A DNA stretch of 42,641 nucleotides, taken from assembly GCA_019248165.1 (NCBI GenBank), contig JAEHHB010000001.1, positions 1 to 42,641 of the forward strand, read 5' to 3'. A program made the translations under genes and the position numbers. This document shows, piece by piece, positions 1 through 10,077 of the stretch. Source of the DNA: Candidatus Shapirobacteria bacterium S2_F12 (lineage in GTDB: Bacteria > Patescibacteriota > Microgenomatia > UBA12405). The notes beneath the pieces were generated by a model. The model ran no database searches and was not told the origin of the DNA. It saw only the letters and a program-made list of their open reading frames with translations. Positions within the stretch are counted from its first letter, which is position 1. The number at the start of each line of letters is the position of its first letter.

Positions 1-1
1 T

Positions 2-256
2 GAAGAAAATAAAACCATGTTTTTTATTCCCAAGGGCTTTGCTCATGGTTTTTTAGTTTTGAGTGATATCGCTGATTTTCAATACAAATGTAGTAATTTT
101 TATAGTAAAGAATCTGAAGGTGGAGTTTTATATAATGATCCGGCCATAGGTATTGATTGGCCAAAATTAGATATAGAATTAATCTTGTCTGACAAAGACA
201 AACTTTGGCCCACTCTTTCTCAAGCCAAAGAAGATTTATTAAAACTTAATTGGTAA
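2..256 (+). CDS. rmlC: dTDP-4-dehydrorhamnose 3,5-epimerase (RmlC), C-terminal fragment; 5' end lies outside the window
   Basis: The reading frame is open from the window edge. The peptide FIPKGFAHGFLVLSD...FQYKCSNFYSKESEGGVLYNDPAIGIDWP matches the conserved C-terminal cupin region of RmlC epimerases. Confidence 0.8.
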   Translation, partial: EENKTMFFIPKGFAHGFLVLSDIADFQYKCSNFYSKESEGGVLYNDPAIGIDWPKLDIELILSDKDKLWPTLSQAKEDLLKLNW

Positions 257-271
257 AAAATTTATTAATTG

Positions 272-317
272 CCCTTTTTAAGGGAAATCCCGAGCTCGTC
301 GAGGGAAAGGGTTTTTT
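272..317 (+). terminator. Putative intrinsic terminator / GC-rich repeat element copy E1
   Basis: CCCUUU (272-277) can pair with AAAGGG (306-311), followed by UUUUUU (312-317). Inner GGGAAAUCCC hairpin. Lies between the rmlC stop and the rmlD start. Shares the exact 14-mer GCCCTTTTTAAGGG with 38090-38103. Confidence 0.35.
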
Positions 318-1205
318 ATGAAACAAAAAATTATCGGTACTGGTCTTTCTGGTTTAGTTGGTTCTCGTATTGTCGAGCTTTTAAAAGATAAATATGAATT
401 TATTGATTTTTCCCTTGATAGCGGTGTTAATGTTTTAGACAAAGAAAACCTCGCTACTGCGTTTGAAAAACACAAAGATGCCGTTGCGGTACTACACCTA
501 GCTGCTTTTACTGACACTAATGCAGCCTGGGAGCAAAAAGGGGACAAAACCGGTCTATGCTATCGCCTCAATGTTGATGGCACTCAAAATATTTTAGATT
601 TAGCCCAAAAGTTCAATCAATATCTAATCTATATTTCTACTGACTTCGTTTTTGATGGTACTCAGACTACTCCATATATGGAAACCGACACGCCTAACCC
701 AATCGAATGGTACGGAGAAACCAAATATTTAGGCGAAAAATTAATTCTCGATTCTGGTTATCCTAACTTCAATATCTCACGTATAACTTATCCATACCGT
801 GCCAACTTCGAGACAAAAGTCGATATTATTCGAAAGGTTTTGGCTAAATTAAAAAACAGCGAAGAAGTCAAAATGTTTTCTGATCAAGTTTGTACCTATA
901 CTTTTATCGACGATATTGCCGCCTCTTTGGGGTATTTTTTAGAAAATAAGAACACTGGTATTTATCACTTAGTCGGATCATCGTCACATAGTCCATATGA
1001 AATGGCCAAATTGGTGGCCTCCACTTTTGGTTTTGATCAAAGCCCAGTCAAACCTTCAAGTTTAGAAGATTATATTAAATCTCAACCAGGGGGTTCTCGT
1101 CCTTGGCAAAAAACATTAGTTACTTCAAATCAAAAAGCCACCAGTATAGGTCTTAGTTTTAAAACTCTTGAAAAAGGTTTAGAAGAAATCAAAAAACAAA
1201 TATAA
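318..1205 (+). CDS. rmlD: dTDP-4-dehydrorhamnose reductase (RmlD family, short-chain NAD(P)-dependent)
   Basis: N-terminal Rossmann motif GTGLSGLVGSRI. ISTDFVFDG and the catalytic YGETKYLGE (YxxxK) are typical of RmlD. Adjacent to rmlC. Confidence 0.75.
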   Translation: MKQKIIGTGLSGLVGSRIVELLKDKYEFIDFSLDSGVNVLDKENLATAFEKHKDAVAVLHLAAFTDTNAAWEQKGDKTGLCYRLNVDGTQNILDLAQKFNQYLIYISTDFVFDGTQTTPYMETDTPNPIEWYGETKYLGEKLILDSGYPNFNISRITYPYRANFETKVDIIRKVLAKLKNSEEVKMFSDQVCTYTFIDDIAASLGYFLENKNTGIYHLVGSSSHSPYEMAKLVASTFGFDQSPVKPSSLEDYIKSQPGGSRPWQKTLVTSNQKATSIGLSFKTLEKGLEEIKKQI

Positions 1206-1221
1206 AATTAGAAATTGGATA

Positions 1222-2421
1222 TTAGATATTAGAAATTATTTTATTTGCTTCTTTAACTGCAAAATTTACTCCTCTGTCCTGTGGGTATATTTGAGCAAAA
1301 TTCAATCTAAGTATTTTTTTATTTATGATATATTTTGGTACTTGGTATTCGACGTTAACTATGTGTTGGGCAAAGAGTGATCTAAATACTTTAATTTCAG
1401 AAATTTCTGTCTTGTTAAATTCAGGTTTAATTTTGACCAAATAATCAAAAAATTCTTGTTGAATCTTTTTGTCGTCACTCTTAAAGTATTTATGATCCTG
1501 AGGTACATAGGCTCCAAGATAATATATGTGTTTATTACGATATTTAGACTTGTCGACCAGGTTGGTGTGCTGAATAAAAGCAATAAAGGGAGACTTTAAA
1601 TCATTAATATTATGCCAATAATAATCACTTAAATTCTGCTTCGAACTAAAAACTACCGTTATTGCCCCAAGATACTTAATTTCGTTAATAGGTCTAGTGT
1701 CAATTATAAAATCATATTTATTTTCAAAATTTAACATTTCTTTGTCATTAATCTCTTTATTTAAGACTATTTCTCCTCCAAAATCCGATATCTTCTTAAC
1801 TAACTCTCTAGTTATTTGCCCAAATCCTCCATCTAAATATCCTAAAACTTCTTCTCCTTTTTCGTTCCTCGATCCACCTCGAGTGTGAATCCTAGCCCAC
1901 AACCAAGCCATTGAGATTTTATCGCTATAATGGTGAAATTTACCCTTAATTAACGGTTCCCAAATTACTTTGTAAGCTTTTGCGCCTGCTCGCTTTTTCA
2001 TCCATTCGATTGCTGTAATTTTTTGATATTTTTGCCATTTTTTGTCAAATTTCAACCAAAGATAAACCACCCCTAGTCTTAGTTTAGAAATCAAATCTAG
2101 CCCTTTAAATTTTAATAAATCTATTGAACCGTTAAACGGATAAAACTTATTATCATAAAAAAGCGATACCGAGCTTTTGTACCATTTAAGTTTATTATCT
2201 AACCCCAAATCATTTATAAGTTTAATAATATCTGTATCAGTCTTAAAAATATGATGATAAAATTTTTCTAAATATTGTCCTTCAATCTTAAAATCATCTA
2301 TCAATCCACCGAGTTGTTTTTCTTTTTCATAAACTGTGACCTTATTGCCCTCACTACTTAATCTATAAGCTACGATTAAACCACCAATCCCTCCACCAAC
2401 TATTGCAATTTTCTTGTTCAT
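1222..2421 (-). CDS. FAD/NAD(P)-binding oxidoreductase (protoporphyrinogen oxidase / phytoene desaturase-like superfamily)
   Basis: N-terminal dinucleotide-binding motif KIAIVGGGIGGLIVAYRL...VTVYEKEKQLGG. Internal GYLDGGFGQI motif. 399 aa. The exact substrate cannot be assigned from the sequence. Confidence 0.65.
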   Translation of the reverse strand: MNKKIAIVGGGIGGLIVAYRLSSEGNKVTVYEKEKQLGGLIDDFKIEGQYLEKFYHHIFKTDTDIIKLINDLGLDNKLKWYKSSVSLFYDNKFYPFNGSIDLLKFKGLDLISKLRLGVVYLWLKFDKKWQKYQKITAIEWMKKRAGAKAYKVIWEPLIKGKFHHYSDKISMAWLWARIHTRGGSRNEKGEEVLGYLDGGFGQITRELVKKISDFGGEIVLNKEINDKEMLNFENKYDFIIDTRPINEIKYLGAITVVFSSKQNLSDYYWHNINDLKSPFIAFIQHTNLVDKSKYRNKHIYYLGAYVPQDHKYFKSDDKKIQQEFFDYLVKIKPEFNKTEISEIKVFRSLFAQHIVNVEYQVPKYIINKKILRLNFAQIYPQDRGVNFAVKEANKIISNI

Positions 2422-2455
2422 ATTTATTAATCAATATGCTATCATAATCAATCTT

Positions 2456-2480
2456 CTGTTGCACCTCTGCAACAGTTTTT
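2456..2480 (+). terminator. Orphan terminator-like hairpin upstream of fusA (possible attenuator)
   Basis: CUGUUGCA-CCUC-UGCAACAG (perfect 8-bp stem) followed by UUUUUAUUUAUUUU. No + strand gene lies upstream of it. Confidence 0.35.
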
Positions 2481-2507
2481 ATTTATTTTATATTTATTTT
2501 ATTTTAG

Positions 2508-2543
2508 TTCTAAAGCTCTAATGCTCTAAAGCTCTAAAGCACC
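2508..2543. repeat. Tandem octamer module (about 4 x CTCTAAAG, then CAC), copy 1, just upstream of the fusA start
   Basis: gTTCTAAAG CTCTAATG CTCTAAAG CTCTAAAG CACC. Related copies at 12259-12291 and 16054-16083. Confidence 0.7.
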
Positions 2544-2548
2544 AACCT

Positions 2549-4657
2549 ATGGCTGACCAAATTAAACTTACTAAAAATCGTGACGTTGCTATGGAAAAAG
2601 TCCGAAATATCGGTATTATAGCCCACATCGATGGAGGGAAAACAACCACCACAGAGCGTCTTTTATTTTATACTGGAAATATTCACAAGATTGGCTCAGT
2701 TGACGACGGGACCACGACTACTGATTCGATGATTCAAGAGAGAGAGCGGGGAATAACCATTCAATCTGCCTGTGTCACCACTTTTTGGAAAGAACACCGC
2801 CTAAACATTATCGATACCCCTGGACACGTCGATTTTACAGCTGAGGTTGAGAGATCTCTCCGTGTACTAGACGGCGCTATTATGATTTTCGACGGCAACG
2901 CCGGAGTTCAAGCTCAATCAGAAACTGTTTGGCGACAAGCCGACAAGTATGGAGTTCCCAGAATTGCTTTTGTCAATAAAATGGATAAAATCGGTGCCTC
3001 TTTTGATAACACCTTACATAGTATCCACGAAAAACTTCGAGCCCCTGTGGTTCCAGTCGTTATTCCTATTGGTGAAGAACACGATTTCATTGGAGTAATC
3101 GATTTAATGAACCAAAAAATGATAATTTACGACAAAGATGAAGAGGGTATGGAGTTTACGGTTAAAGATGTTACTGATGACTATAAAGACAAGGTCCACA
3201 AGTATCGTTCCCAAATGGTAGAAAAAATTGCTGGTGAAGACGAAACCTTGATGGAAAAATTTCTAAATGACCAAGAGATTTCGGTTCCTGAGTTAAAATC
3301 TGTTTTAAGAAAGGCTACAATTGATAGAAAATTATTTCCAATATTTTGTGGTGCTGCTTGGAGAAACAAAGGTATTCACCCTGTTCTTGATGGAATTATT
3401 GACTATCTTCCATCTCCTTTAGACTTACCTCCAATTGAAGGATTTAATCCCGAAAATAACGAGGTTATCACTCGAAAACCAATTAAATCAGAGCCTCTTT
3501 CCGCTCTTTTGTTTAAGGTCCAGTCTGATCCACATGTTGGCACTTTGTCCTATGTTAGGGTATATTCAGGAACTCTGAAGTCTGGTTCTGAGGTCTACAA
3601 CACTACCAAACAGAAGTCTGAGCGCATTGGTCGTTTACTTTTAATGCACGCCGACAAGCGGGAAGGTCTTGAGGAAGGTTTCGCCGGAGAAATCGTTGCT
3701 TGTATTGGGTTAAAGGAATCCACCACTGGTGACACTCTTTGCGATGCTAATAGTGTAATTTCTCTTTCTCCAATTCAATTTGCCGAACCAGTCATTTCAC
3801 TCTCAATTGAACCATCAACCGCTGACGATCAAGAAAAAATGGGTGCGGCTCTAAACCGTTTAGCCATTGAAGATCCAACTTTTAAAGTTTCTTATAACCA
3901 TGAAACCGGTCAGACAATCATTGCCGGTATGGGGGAGCTATACCTAGAAATTATTGTCGATCGTCTTAAGCGAGAGTTTGGGGTCAATGTCAAAACCGGT
4001 TCTCCTCAGGTCGCTTATCGTGAAACTATTTCTCAAAATGCTGACGGTGAAGGTAAATATATCCACCAATCAGGTGGTCACGGTCAATACGGTCACTGTA
4101 AGATAAAAGTGGAGCCAAAAAATCGTGGTGAAGGGTATGAATTTATCAATGCCGTCAAAGGTGGTGCTATTCCAGCTAATTTTATTCCAGCAATTGAAAA
4201 AGGTATTAAAGAAACCCTTCAAAAAGGAATTATTGCTGGTTACCCATGCACTGATATCAAAGTCACTGTTTACGACGGAACCTATCATGAGGTCGATTCT
4301 TCTGAAATGGCATTTAAACTAGCTGGGTCTTATGCTATTAAAGATGCCTTCCAGGCCGCTAAACCTTTAGTATTGGAACCAATCATGAAATTTGAAGTTA
4401 GTACTCCTTCAGAATTTTTAGGATCAGTTATTGGTGATTTATCTTCCCGTCGAGGTCAAATTAACGGGACAGTAGATTCAGCCAACTTTACTACCATTGA
4501 TGCTTTTATCCCCCTCGAAGATGTTCGAGGATATGCAACAGTTATCCGAAGCCTAACTCAAGGTCGAGGTTCTTTTTATATGGAACCAAGTCATTATGAC
4601 CCAGTTCCTCGTGATATCCAAGAACAACTTACTACCAAAGTTAATACAGGAAAATAG
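2549..4657 (+). CDS. fusA: Translation elongation factor G
   Basis: 702 aa. G1 motif AHIDGGKTT, DTPGHVDF, NKMD. Full-length EF-G architecture. Directly upstream of tuf. Confidence 0.97.
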   Translation: MADQIKLTKNRDVAMEKVRNIGIIAHIDGGKTTTTERLLFYTGNIHKIGSVDDGTTTTDSMIQERERGITIQSACVTTFWKEHRLNIIDTPGHVDFTAEVERSLRVLDGAIMIFDGNAGVQAQSETVWRQADKYGVPRIAFVNKMDKIGASFDNTLHSIHEKLRAPVVPVVIPIGEEHDFIGVIDLMNQKMIIYDKDEEGMEFTVKDVTDDYKDKVHKYRSQMVEKIAGEDETLMEKFLNDQEISVPELKSVLRKATIDRKLFPIFCGAAWRNKGIHPVLDGIIDYLPSPLDLPPIEGFNPENNEVITRKPIKSEPLSALLFKVQSDPHVGTLSYVRVYSGTLKSGSEVYNTTKQKSERIGRLLLMHADKREGLEEGFAGEIVACIGLKESTTGDTLCDANSVISLSPIQFAEPVISLSIEPSTADDQEKMGAALNRLAIEDPTFKVSYNHETGQTIIAGMGELYLEIIVDRLKREFGVNVKTGSPQVAYRETISQNADGEGKYIHQSGGHGQYGHCKIKVEPKNRGEGYEFINAVKGGAIPANFIPAIEKGIKETLQKGIIAGYPCTDIKVTVYDGTYHEVDSSEMAFKLAGSYAIKDAFQAAKPLVLEPIMKFEVSTPSEFLGSVIGDLSSRRGQINGTVDSANFTTIDAFIPLEDVRGYATVIRSLTQGRGSFYMEPSHYDPVPRDIQEQLTTKVNTGK

Positions 4658-4784
4658 TTTAAGTTTATGTGTTGCATAACCTTAAACTTGCTGATACAAT
4701 CTAACAGCGTTTTAATCTAAAATATTATTAATTAGAAATTAAGTCTCAACAGACTACAACAAAAAATAAAAAAAAGGAGAATCT

Positions 4785-5957
4785 ATGGCAGATACATATC
4801 AAAGAACTAAGCCACACGTTAATGTCGGAACTATTGGACACGTTGATCATGGTAAAACAACCTTGACCGCTGCAATTTCCAAAGTTCAAGGAAGTGCCAA
4901 ATCTTACGCCGATATTGCCAAGGGTGGTACCGTTCGTGATGCTTCCAAAATCGTTACTATTGCTATTTCTCACATCGAATACGAAACCGATAAAAGACAC
5001 TATGCTCATATCGACTGTCCTGGACACGCTGACTACGTCAAAAACATGATTACCGGTGCTGCTCAAATGGATGGAGCTATTCTCGTCGTTTCTGCACCCG
5101 ATGGTCCAATGCCTCAAACCCGTGAACACGTTCTTTTGGCTAACCAAGTCAACGTTCCAAAATTAGTCGTCTACTTAAACAAATGTGATTTAGTTGAAGA
5201 TCCAGAATTCTTAGACTTAGTAGAAATGGAAATCAGAGATCTCTTAACCAAATACGGTTTCCCAGGTGCCGATACTCCAATTATCCGAGGATCAGCCCTA
5301 AAAGCCTTAAATGGTGAAGCTGACGGTGTCGAATCAATCAAAAAATTAATGGATGCTCTCGATACTTATATTCCTGAACCCGCACGTGAACTTGATAAAC
5401 CATTTTTAATGCCAGTTGAAGATGTATTTTCGATCAAAGGTCGAGGTACTGTTGCTACTGGAAGAATTGAAAAAGGTATCGTCAAAATCAACGACGAAAT
5501 TGAAATTGTCGGTCTAAAAGACACTCGAAAAGCAGTTGTTACTGGAGTAGAAATGTTCCACAAACAACTTGATCAAGGTCAAGCTGGTGACAATGTTGGT
5601 ATTTTACTTCGAGGTGTTGAAAAAGACGACATCGAAAGAGGACAAGTATTAGCCAAAATTGGCTCTATTACTCCTCATACCGAATTTAAAGCTGAAGTTT
5701 TGTTACTCAAAAAAGAAGAAGGTGGTCGCCACACTCCTATCTTTACTGGGTACAGACCCCAAGTTTTTATCGGAACCACTGATGTTACTGGAGATATCTC
5801 CCTTGCCGAAGGCATGGAAATGATAATGCCAGGAGACAACGCCAACGTCTCAGTCAAATTAATTAAACCAGTCGCTATGCAAGAAGGTCAAAGATTCGCT
5901 ATCCGCGAAGGTGGTTTGACTGTTGGAGCTGGCGCTATTACAAAAATTATTAAATAA
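4785..5957 (+). CDS. tuf: Translation elongation factor Tu
   Basis: 390 aa. [22 protein letters not shown] motifs. AAGGAG Shine-Dalgarno 6 nt upstream of the ATG. Confidence 0.98.
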   Translation: MADTYQRTKPHVNVGTIGHVDHGKTTLTAAISKVQGSAKSYADIAKGGTVRDASKIVTIAISHIEYETDKRHYAHIDCPGHADYVKNMITGAAQMDGAILVVSAPDGPMPQTREHVLLANQVNVPKLVVYLNKCDLVEDPEFLDLVEMEIRDLLTKYGFPGADTPIIRGSALKALNGEADGVESIKKLMDALDTYIPEPARELDKPFLMPVEDVFSIKGRGTVATGRIEKGIVKINDEIEIVGLKDTRKAVVTGVEMFHKQLDQGQAGDNVGILLRGVEKDDIERGQVLAKIGSITPHTEFKAEVLLLKKEEGGRHTPIFTGYRPQVFIGTTDVTGDISLAEGMEMIMPGDNANVSVKLIKPVAMQEGQRFAIREGGLTVGAGAITKIIK

Positions 5958-6001
5958 AGGAAAATCAATAAACAATATATTGTTAATTGAAAATTAATAA
6001 A

Positions 6002-6313
6002 ATGGCCAAAGGTAACCGCATCCGAATTAGATTAAAATCTTTTGATCATCGAATTATCGATGAAGCAGCTATCAAAATAGTTGAGGCTGCGGTTACTGCT
6101 GGAGCAAAAGTCGAAGGACCTATTCCTTTACCTACAGAACAAAAAACCATTACTGTTTTAACCAGTCCTCACACCGATAAGAACGCCCGTGAACACTTTG
6201 AAATAAAGACTCACAAACGACTTATCGATATTTCCAATACTAGTCTTCGCACTGTCGATAGTCTTCAACATTTGGATTTACCCTCAGGAGTGGAAGTAGA
6301 AGTTAAAATGTAA
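6002..6313 (+). CDS. rpsJ: 30S ribosomal protein S10
   Basis: [22 protein letters not shown] is the canonical S10 N-terminus. The ORF-track start at 5987 is a TTG extension; the ATG at 6002 fits the family. Confidence 0.93.
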   Translation: MAKGNRIRIRLKSFDHRIIDEAAIKIVEAAVTAGAKVEGPIPLPTEQKTITVLTSPHTDKNAREHFEIKTHKRLIDISNTSLRTVDSLQHLDLPSGVEVEVKM

Positions 6314-6317
6314 AATT

Positions 6318-6938
6318 ATGATTTCCGGATTTTTAGTCAAAAAAGGTCGCATGACCAGTGTTTATACCCCAGAAGGTAAAAGAATTGGGGTAACTAGGTG
6401 TGTCGCTAATCCTTTAGTTGTCACCCAGGTTAAGACGTCACAAAAAGACGGCTACCAGTCAGTTCAAGTAGCCTATGGTTTCAAAAAGAGGCCAAACAAG
6501 GCTGTTTCAGAAAAACTATCCAAACTAAAACTTGATATCAAACCTAAGTCTTTCAAAGAATTTAAACTAACCACCGACCAGATTCCTGAAGTTGGAAGCA
6601 ACATTTCTGTTGATTCTGTATTTAATAATGGTGATTCTGTCAGGATTACTGGAATATCAAAAGGTCGAGGTTTTGCTGGTGTTGTCAAACGACATGGATT
6701 TAAAAAACAACCGCTTTTGGGTGCCTCAAATTATGTCCGCCGACCAGGATCAATCGGAGCTCAAACCCCAAGTAAGGTTGTAAAAGGAAAAAAGATGCCA
6801 GGCCATTTTGGAGTCGAAACTACTACAATTTCTGGTTTAGAAATTTTTTCAATCAATACTGAAACAAACGAAATATTAATTAAAGGCTCAGTTCCTGGAA
6901 GCTTTAACTCTTGGGTTATTCTAAAAAAGGGAAACTAA
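6318..6938 (+). CDS. rplC: 50S ribosomal protein L3
   Basis: GFLVKKGRMTSVYT...GISKGRGFAGVVKRHGF. Position after rpsJ. Confidence 0.95.
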   Translation: MISGFLVKKGRMTSVYTPEGKRIGVTRCVANPLVVTQVKTSQKDGYQSVQVAYGFKKRPNKAVSEKLSKLKLDIKPKSFKEFKLTTDQIPEVGSNISVDSVFNNGDSVRITGISKGRGFAGVVKRHGFKKQPLLGASNYVRRPGSIGAQTPSKVVKGKKMPGHFGVETTTISGLEIFSINTETNEILIKGSVPGSFNSWVILKKGN

Positions 6939-6939
6939 T

Positions 6940-7572
6940 ATGAAATCAGATATATATAATATAGAAGCAAAAAGAGTCGGGGAATTAACCCTTACCAAAT
7001 CAGTTTTTGATACTGATTATTCACCAAGTTTAATTGCTCAAGCAATTCGAGTTTTTTTGTTTAACCAACGCTCTTCATATGCAAAAACCAAGACTAGATC
7101 TGAAGTTGCTGGCACTCGGAAGAAGGTTTGGTCACAAAAAGGAACTGGTAATGCTCGTCACGGCAATCGAACGGCCCCTATTTTTAAGGGCGGCGGAGTT
7201 GCTCTTGGACCAGACGGCATGCAAAATTATTCACTCAAAATGAATAAAAAGATGAAAAAACAAGCTTTAAATGCTGTTTTGACAAAGTTTGCACAAGATA
7301 AAAAAATTATGGTTATTGATGATTTTTCTAAATTAGAACCAAAGACCAAGGTCGGAAACAAATTAATCACTGGACTTAAAGGCAGCGATAGCGTATTATC
7401 AAAAAGTAAAAAAATTGGGGTTATTACTGAAACAACAATTGATTCGGTCAAACGAGCTTTTGGTAATATCAAAAGCGTTAATTTGCTAACCCTTAATTCT
7501 CTAAATGTTTATGACTTGTCAAAACAAAATTATTTAATTTTTAGTCAACAAGCCATAGAAAAACTTAAATAA
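6940..7572 (+). CDS. rplD: 50S ribosomal protein L4
   Basis: KVWSQKGTGNARHG motif. S10-operon order. Confidence 0.95.
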   Translation: MKSDIYNIEAKRVGELTLTKSVFDTDYSPSLIAQAIRVFLFNQRSSYAKTKTRSEVAGTRKKVWSQKGTGNARHGNRTAPIFKGGGVALGPDGMQNYSLKMNKKMKKQALNAVLTKFAQDKKIMVIDDFSKLEPKTKVGNKLITGLKGSDSVLSKSKKIGVITETTIDSVKRAFGNIKSVNLLTLNSLNVYDLSKQNYLIFSQQAIEKLK

Positions 7573-7573
7573 A

Positions 7574-7870
7574 ATGAACCAACTTATTATTTTAAAACCA
7601 ATAATTACTGAAAAGATTCTTTCTGTTCAACAAGCATTGGATAAATATGCTTTTTGGGTAAGCCCAAAGGCTACTAAAAACCAAATTGAAGCTACCTTTA
7701 AATCAGTCTTTGGTATTGCTCCATTAGCAGTAAATACAATTATATTAAAAGGTAAAACTAAGACCAATTGGAAGACTCGACAACCGATTGAAAAGTCTAA
7801 CCGTAAAAAAGCAATCATTACTGTTGCTAAGGGAACAAAAATAGAATTATTAAAACTAAACACAAAATAA
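7574..7870 (+). CDS. rplW: 50S ribosomal protein L23
   Basis: 98 aa. ILKPIITEK...FWVSPKATKNQI. Operon position. Confidence 0.92.
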   Translation: MNQLIILKPIITEKILSVQQALDKYAFWVSPKATKNQIEATFKSVFGIAPLAVNTIILKGKTKTNWKTRQPIEKSNRKKAIITVAKGTKIELLKLNTK

Positions 7871-7873
7871 TTT

Positions 7874-8617
7874 ATGCCTATTAAATCCTTATTAACCATC
7901 AAAAAGAAAACTAGTGGACGCGATTCGCAGGGCCATGTTTCTATCCGACATCGTGGTGGCGAAGAAAAAAGGTTTCTTCGAGAAATTGATTGGTTTCGAA
8001 ATCAACTTAATATAAAAGCAAAAGTTGTTTCTATTGAATACGATCCCAATAGAACTGCCGACATTGCTCTACTTTCCTATGAAAATGGTTCAAAAAGTTA
8101 TATTTTAGCTACTACTAATTTAAAGGTTGGCGATGTTGTCATTTCATCTGACATTGCTCCAATCAAAGACGGTAATTCTTTGCTTATAAAAAATATTCCA
8201 GTTGGGGTTCCAATCCATGCTATCAGCTTTCAAATTGGAAAACCAGCTCAATTAGTTAAGAGCGCCGGATCTGCAGCTTACATTCAAAGTATCGACGGAA
8301 ACAAGGCTATTATCAAATTACCTTCTGGTGAGGTTAGAATTTTTAGTTCAGAATCACGGGCTACTATTGGTCAGGTTTGTAATGCCGATCATTCAAATGA
8401 AAAATTAACTAAAGCCGGACAATCTCGCCATCGAGGAATTCGTCCAACAGTCAGAGGTGTGGCTCAAAACCCACACTCACATCCACACGGAGGCGGCGAA
8501 GGCCGAAGCTCTATTGGTATGAATCCAAAAACCAAGTGGGGGAAACCAGCCTTTAGACGCACTCGAAAACATAAAAAAGCATCAAATAAATTAATCGTTC
8601 AAAGAAGAAAGAAATAA
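7874..8617 (+). CDS. rplB: 50S ribosomal protein L2 (short N-terminus)
   Basis: EYDPNRTADIALL, RGVAQNPHSHPHGGGEG motifs. 247 aa. Confidence 0.96.
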   Translation: MPIKSLLTIKKKTSGRDSQGHVSIRHRGGEEKRFLREIDWFRNQLNIKAKVVSIEYDPNRTADIALLSYENGSKSYILATTNLKVGDVVISSDIAPIKDGNSLLIKNIPVGVPIHAISFQIGKPAQLVKSAGSAAYIQSIDGNKAIIKLPSGEVRIFSSESRATIGQVCNADHSNEKLTKAGQSRHRGIRPTVRGVAQNPHSHPHGGGEGRSSIGMNPKTKWGKPAFRRTRKHKKASNKLIVQRRKK

Positions 8618-8623
8618 TAATTT

Positions 8624-8896
8624 ATGTCAAGAAGTTCAACTAAAGGTCCATATATCGACAAAAATATTGTGGATAAAATCAACAAAGGCGGTAATCAAGT
8701 AATCAAAACTTACGCTCGTCGTAGCTCGATTGCCCCAGAATTTGTTGGAAAAAATTTCGAAGTTCACAATGGTAAAAAATTTATAAACGTTTATGTAACT
8801 GAAGACATGGTTGGTCACAAATTTGGAGAATTTTCTCCCACTCGAACCTTCAAGGGACACGGACGTGTAGTTAAAAGAGTTATTGAAAAAACGTAA
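8624..8896 (+). CDS. rpsS: 30S ribosomal protein S19
   Basis: [11 protein letters not shown]...FEVHNGKKF...[18 protein letters not shown]. Confidence 0.96.
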   Translation: MSRSSTKGPYIDKNIVDKINKGGNQVIKTYARRSSIAPEFVGKNFEVHNGKKFINVYVTEDMVGHKFGEFSPTRTFKGHGRVVKRVIEKT

Positions 8897-8902
8897 CAAA
8901 TT

Positions 8903-9403
8903 ATGGCAAAAGTTATTAAAAAAAATACTATTATTAAAAAAACATCAGCTGATAAGGTTGTCAAAAAAACAACTTCAACTAAGGTCAAAAAACCGGTTGT
9001 CAAAAAAAATATCAACAAGATCGAAAATAAAGTGGTTATTAAACCAGAAACAACCTTACAATTGGTTAAATTTGTTAACAAAAATATCCAAATTTCACCT
9101 CGAAAATTACGCCTCTTAGTTGATGAAGTTCGAAAACTAAGTCCACAAGAAGCCCTTAATCGAGTAAAGTTTGTTAATACTAAGTCTGCTCGAATTTTGG
9201 TTCAAGCTTTAAAGAATGTTATTGCTGATGCTAAAAATAATTTTAACTTAGATACAAATACATTAAAATTTGATACCATCAAAGCCGACGAGGCCATCAA
9301 GATCAAACGTATGGACAAATCTCATGGTTCACATTTTGCCCGTGGTCTTATCCAAAAAAGGCATAGTCGTCTTGTCATAATTGTTAAAGGAATTAAAAAA
9401 TAA
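8903..9403 (+). CDS. rplV: 50S ribosomal protein L22 with a roughly 55-aa Lys-rich N-terminal extension
   Basis: Core ISPRKLRLLVDEVR...ALKNVIADAKNN is L22. It is preceded by KKTSADKVVKKTTSTKVKKPVVKK. Confidence 0.9.
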   Translation: MAKVIKKNTIIKKTSADKVVKKTTSTKVKKPVVKKNINKIENKVVIKPETTLQLVKFVNKNIQISPRKLRLLVDEVRKLSPQEALNRVKFVNTKSARILVQALKNVIADAKNNFNLDTNTLKFDTIKADEAIKIKRMDKSHGSHFARGLIQKRHSRLVIIVKGIKK

Positions 9404-9404
9404 T

Positions 9405-10046
9405 ATGGGACAAAAAGTTAATCCTATCAGCTTTAGATTAGAAACTGTCAAAAACAGCCCAGAATGGCAATCTAGTTGGTTTGCCAATTCAAGAAAATAT
9501 CCTATATTACTTTTAGAAGATAAGAATATTCGTGATTTTTTACAAAAAAGACTATATTCTGCTGGGATAGTTAGTATTAGGATCGAAAGATCAGTTAAAA
9601 AAATAAAAGTATTAATAGTTGTATCCCGACCTGGTCTAGTTATTGGTCGTGGAGGTAAAGAATTAGAGTCTCTCAAAAAAGAAATTCAAAAACTATTAAC
9701 CAAAGTAAGTGGAAAACAATCAATTGAAATTCAAGTTGAAGAATTTAAACACGCTGATCTTTCAGCCAAATTAGTCGCAGAGAAAATAGCTTATCAGCTT
9801 ACCAAGAGAATGCCGTACCGACGCGTCGTCTTGTCTGCTATTGAAAAATGTATGTCTGCTGGTGCAAAGGGTATTAAAGTAGTTTTGTCGGGTCGTATAA
9901 ATGGAGCCGAAATCGGCCGCCGAGAAAAATTTTCTGAAGGAAAAATTCCATTAAGCACTATTCGATCAAAAATTGACTATTTCGAATGTCCATCTTTAAC
10001 CAGATCAGGATATATTGGAGTTAAAGTTTATCTTTGCTTAATTTAA
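9405..10046 (+). CDS. rpsC: 30S ribosomal protein S3
   Basis: MGQKVNPISFRL is the canonical S3 start. KH-domain GRGGKELE. The ORF-track start at 9381 overlaps rplV and is rejected. Confidence 0.94.
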   Translation: MGQKVNPISFRLETVKNSPEWQSSWFANSRKYPILLLEDKNIRDFLQKRLYSAGIVSIRIERSVKKIKVLIVVSRPGLVIGRGGKELESLKKEIQKLLTKVSGKQSIEIQVEEFKHADLSAKLVAEKIAYQLTKRMPYRRVVLSAIEKCMSAGAKGIKVVLSGRINGAEIGRREKFSEGKIPLSTIRSKIDYFECPSLTRSGYIGVKVYLCLI

Positions 10047-10077
10047 AATATTTTATTTATAACTATTAATCTAAACT

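Noticed and set aside
1359-1888. Two small ORFs (74 aa on the minus strand, 63 aa on the + strand) inside the oxidoreductase gene
   Set aside because: They are nested in other frames of a 399-aa ORF that has a clear Rossmann motif. Their translations are low-complexity.
2508-2543. Whether the short tandem octamers could be a CRISPR array or a minisatellite
   Set aside because: The units are only 8 nt with no spacers, and each array is under 40 nt. There are no cas genes. It is treated as a regulatory or spacer repeat family instead.
4746-5147. 133-aa minus-strand ORF, plus many other 60-115-aa antisense or out-of-frame ORFs inside fusA, tuf, r-protein genes, rpoA, secY, recA, the giant gene and others
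   Set aside because: All are embedded in strongly supported conserved genes on the opposite strand or in another frame. They have low-complexity translations and no independent signals.
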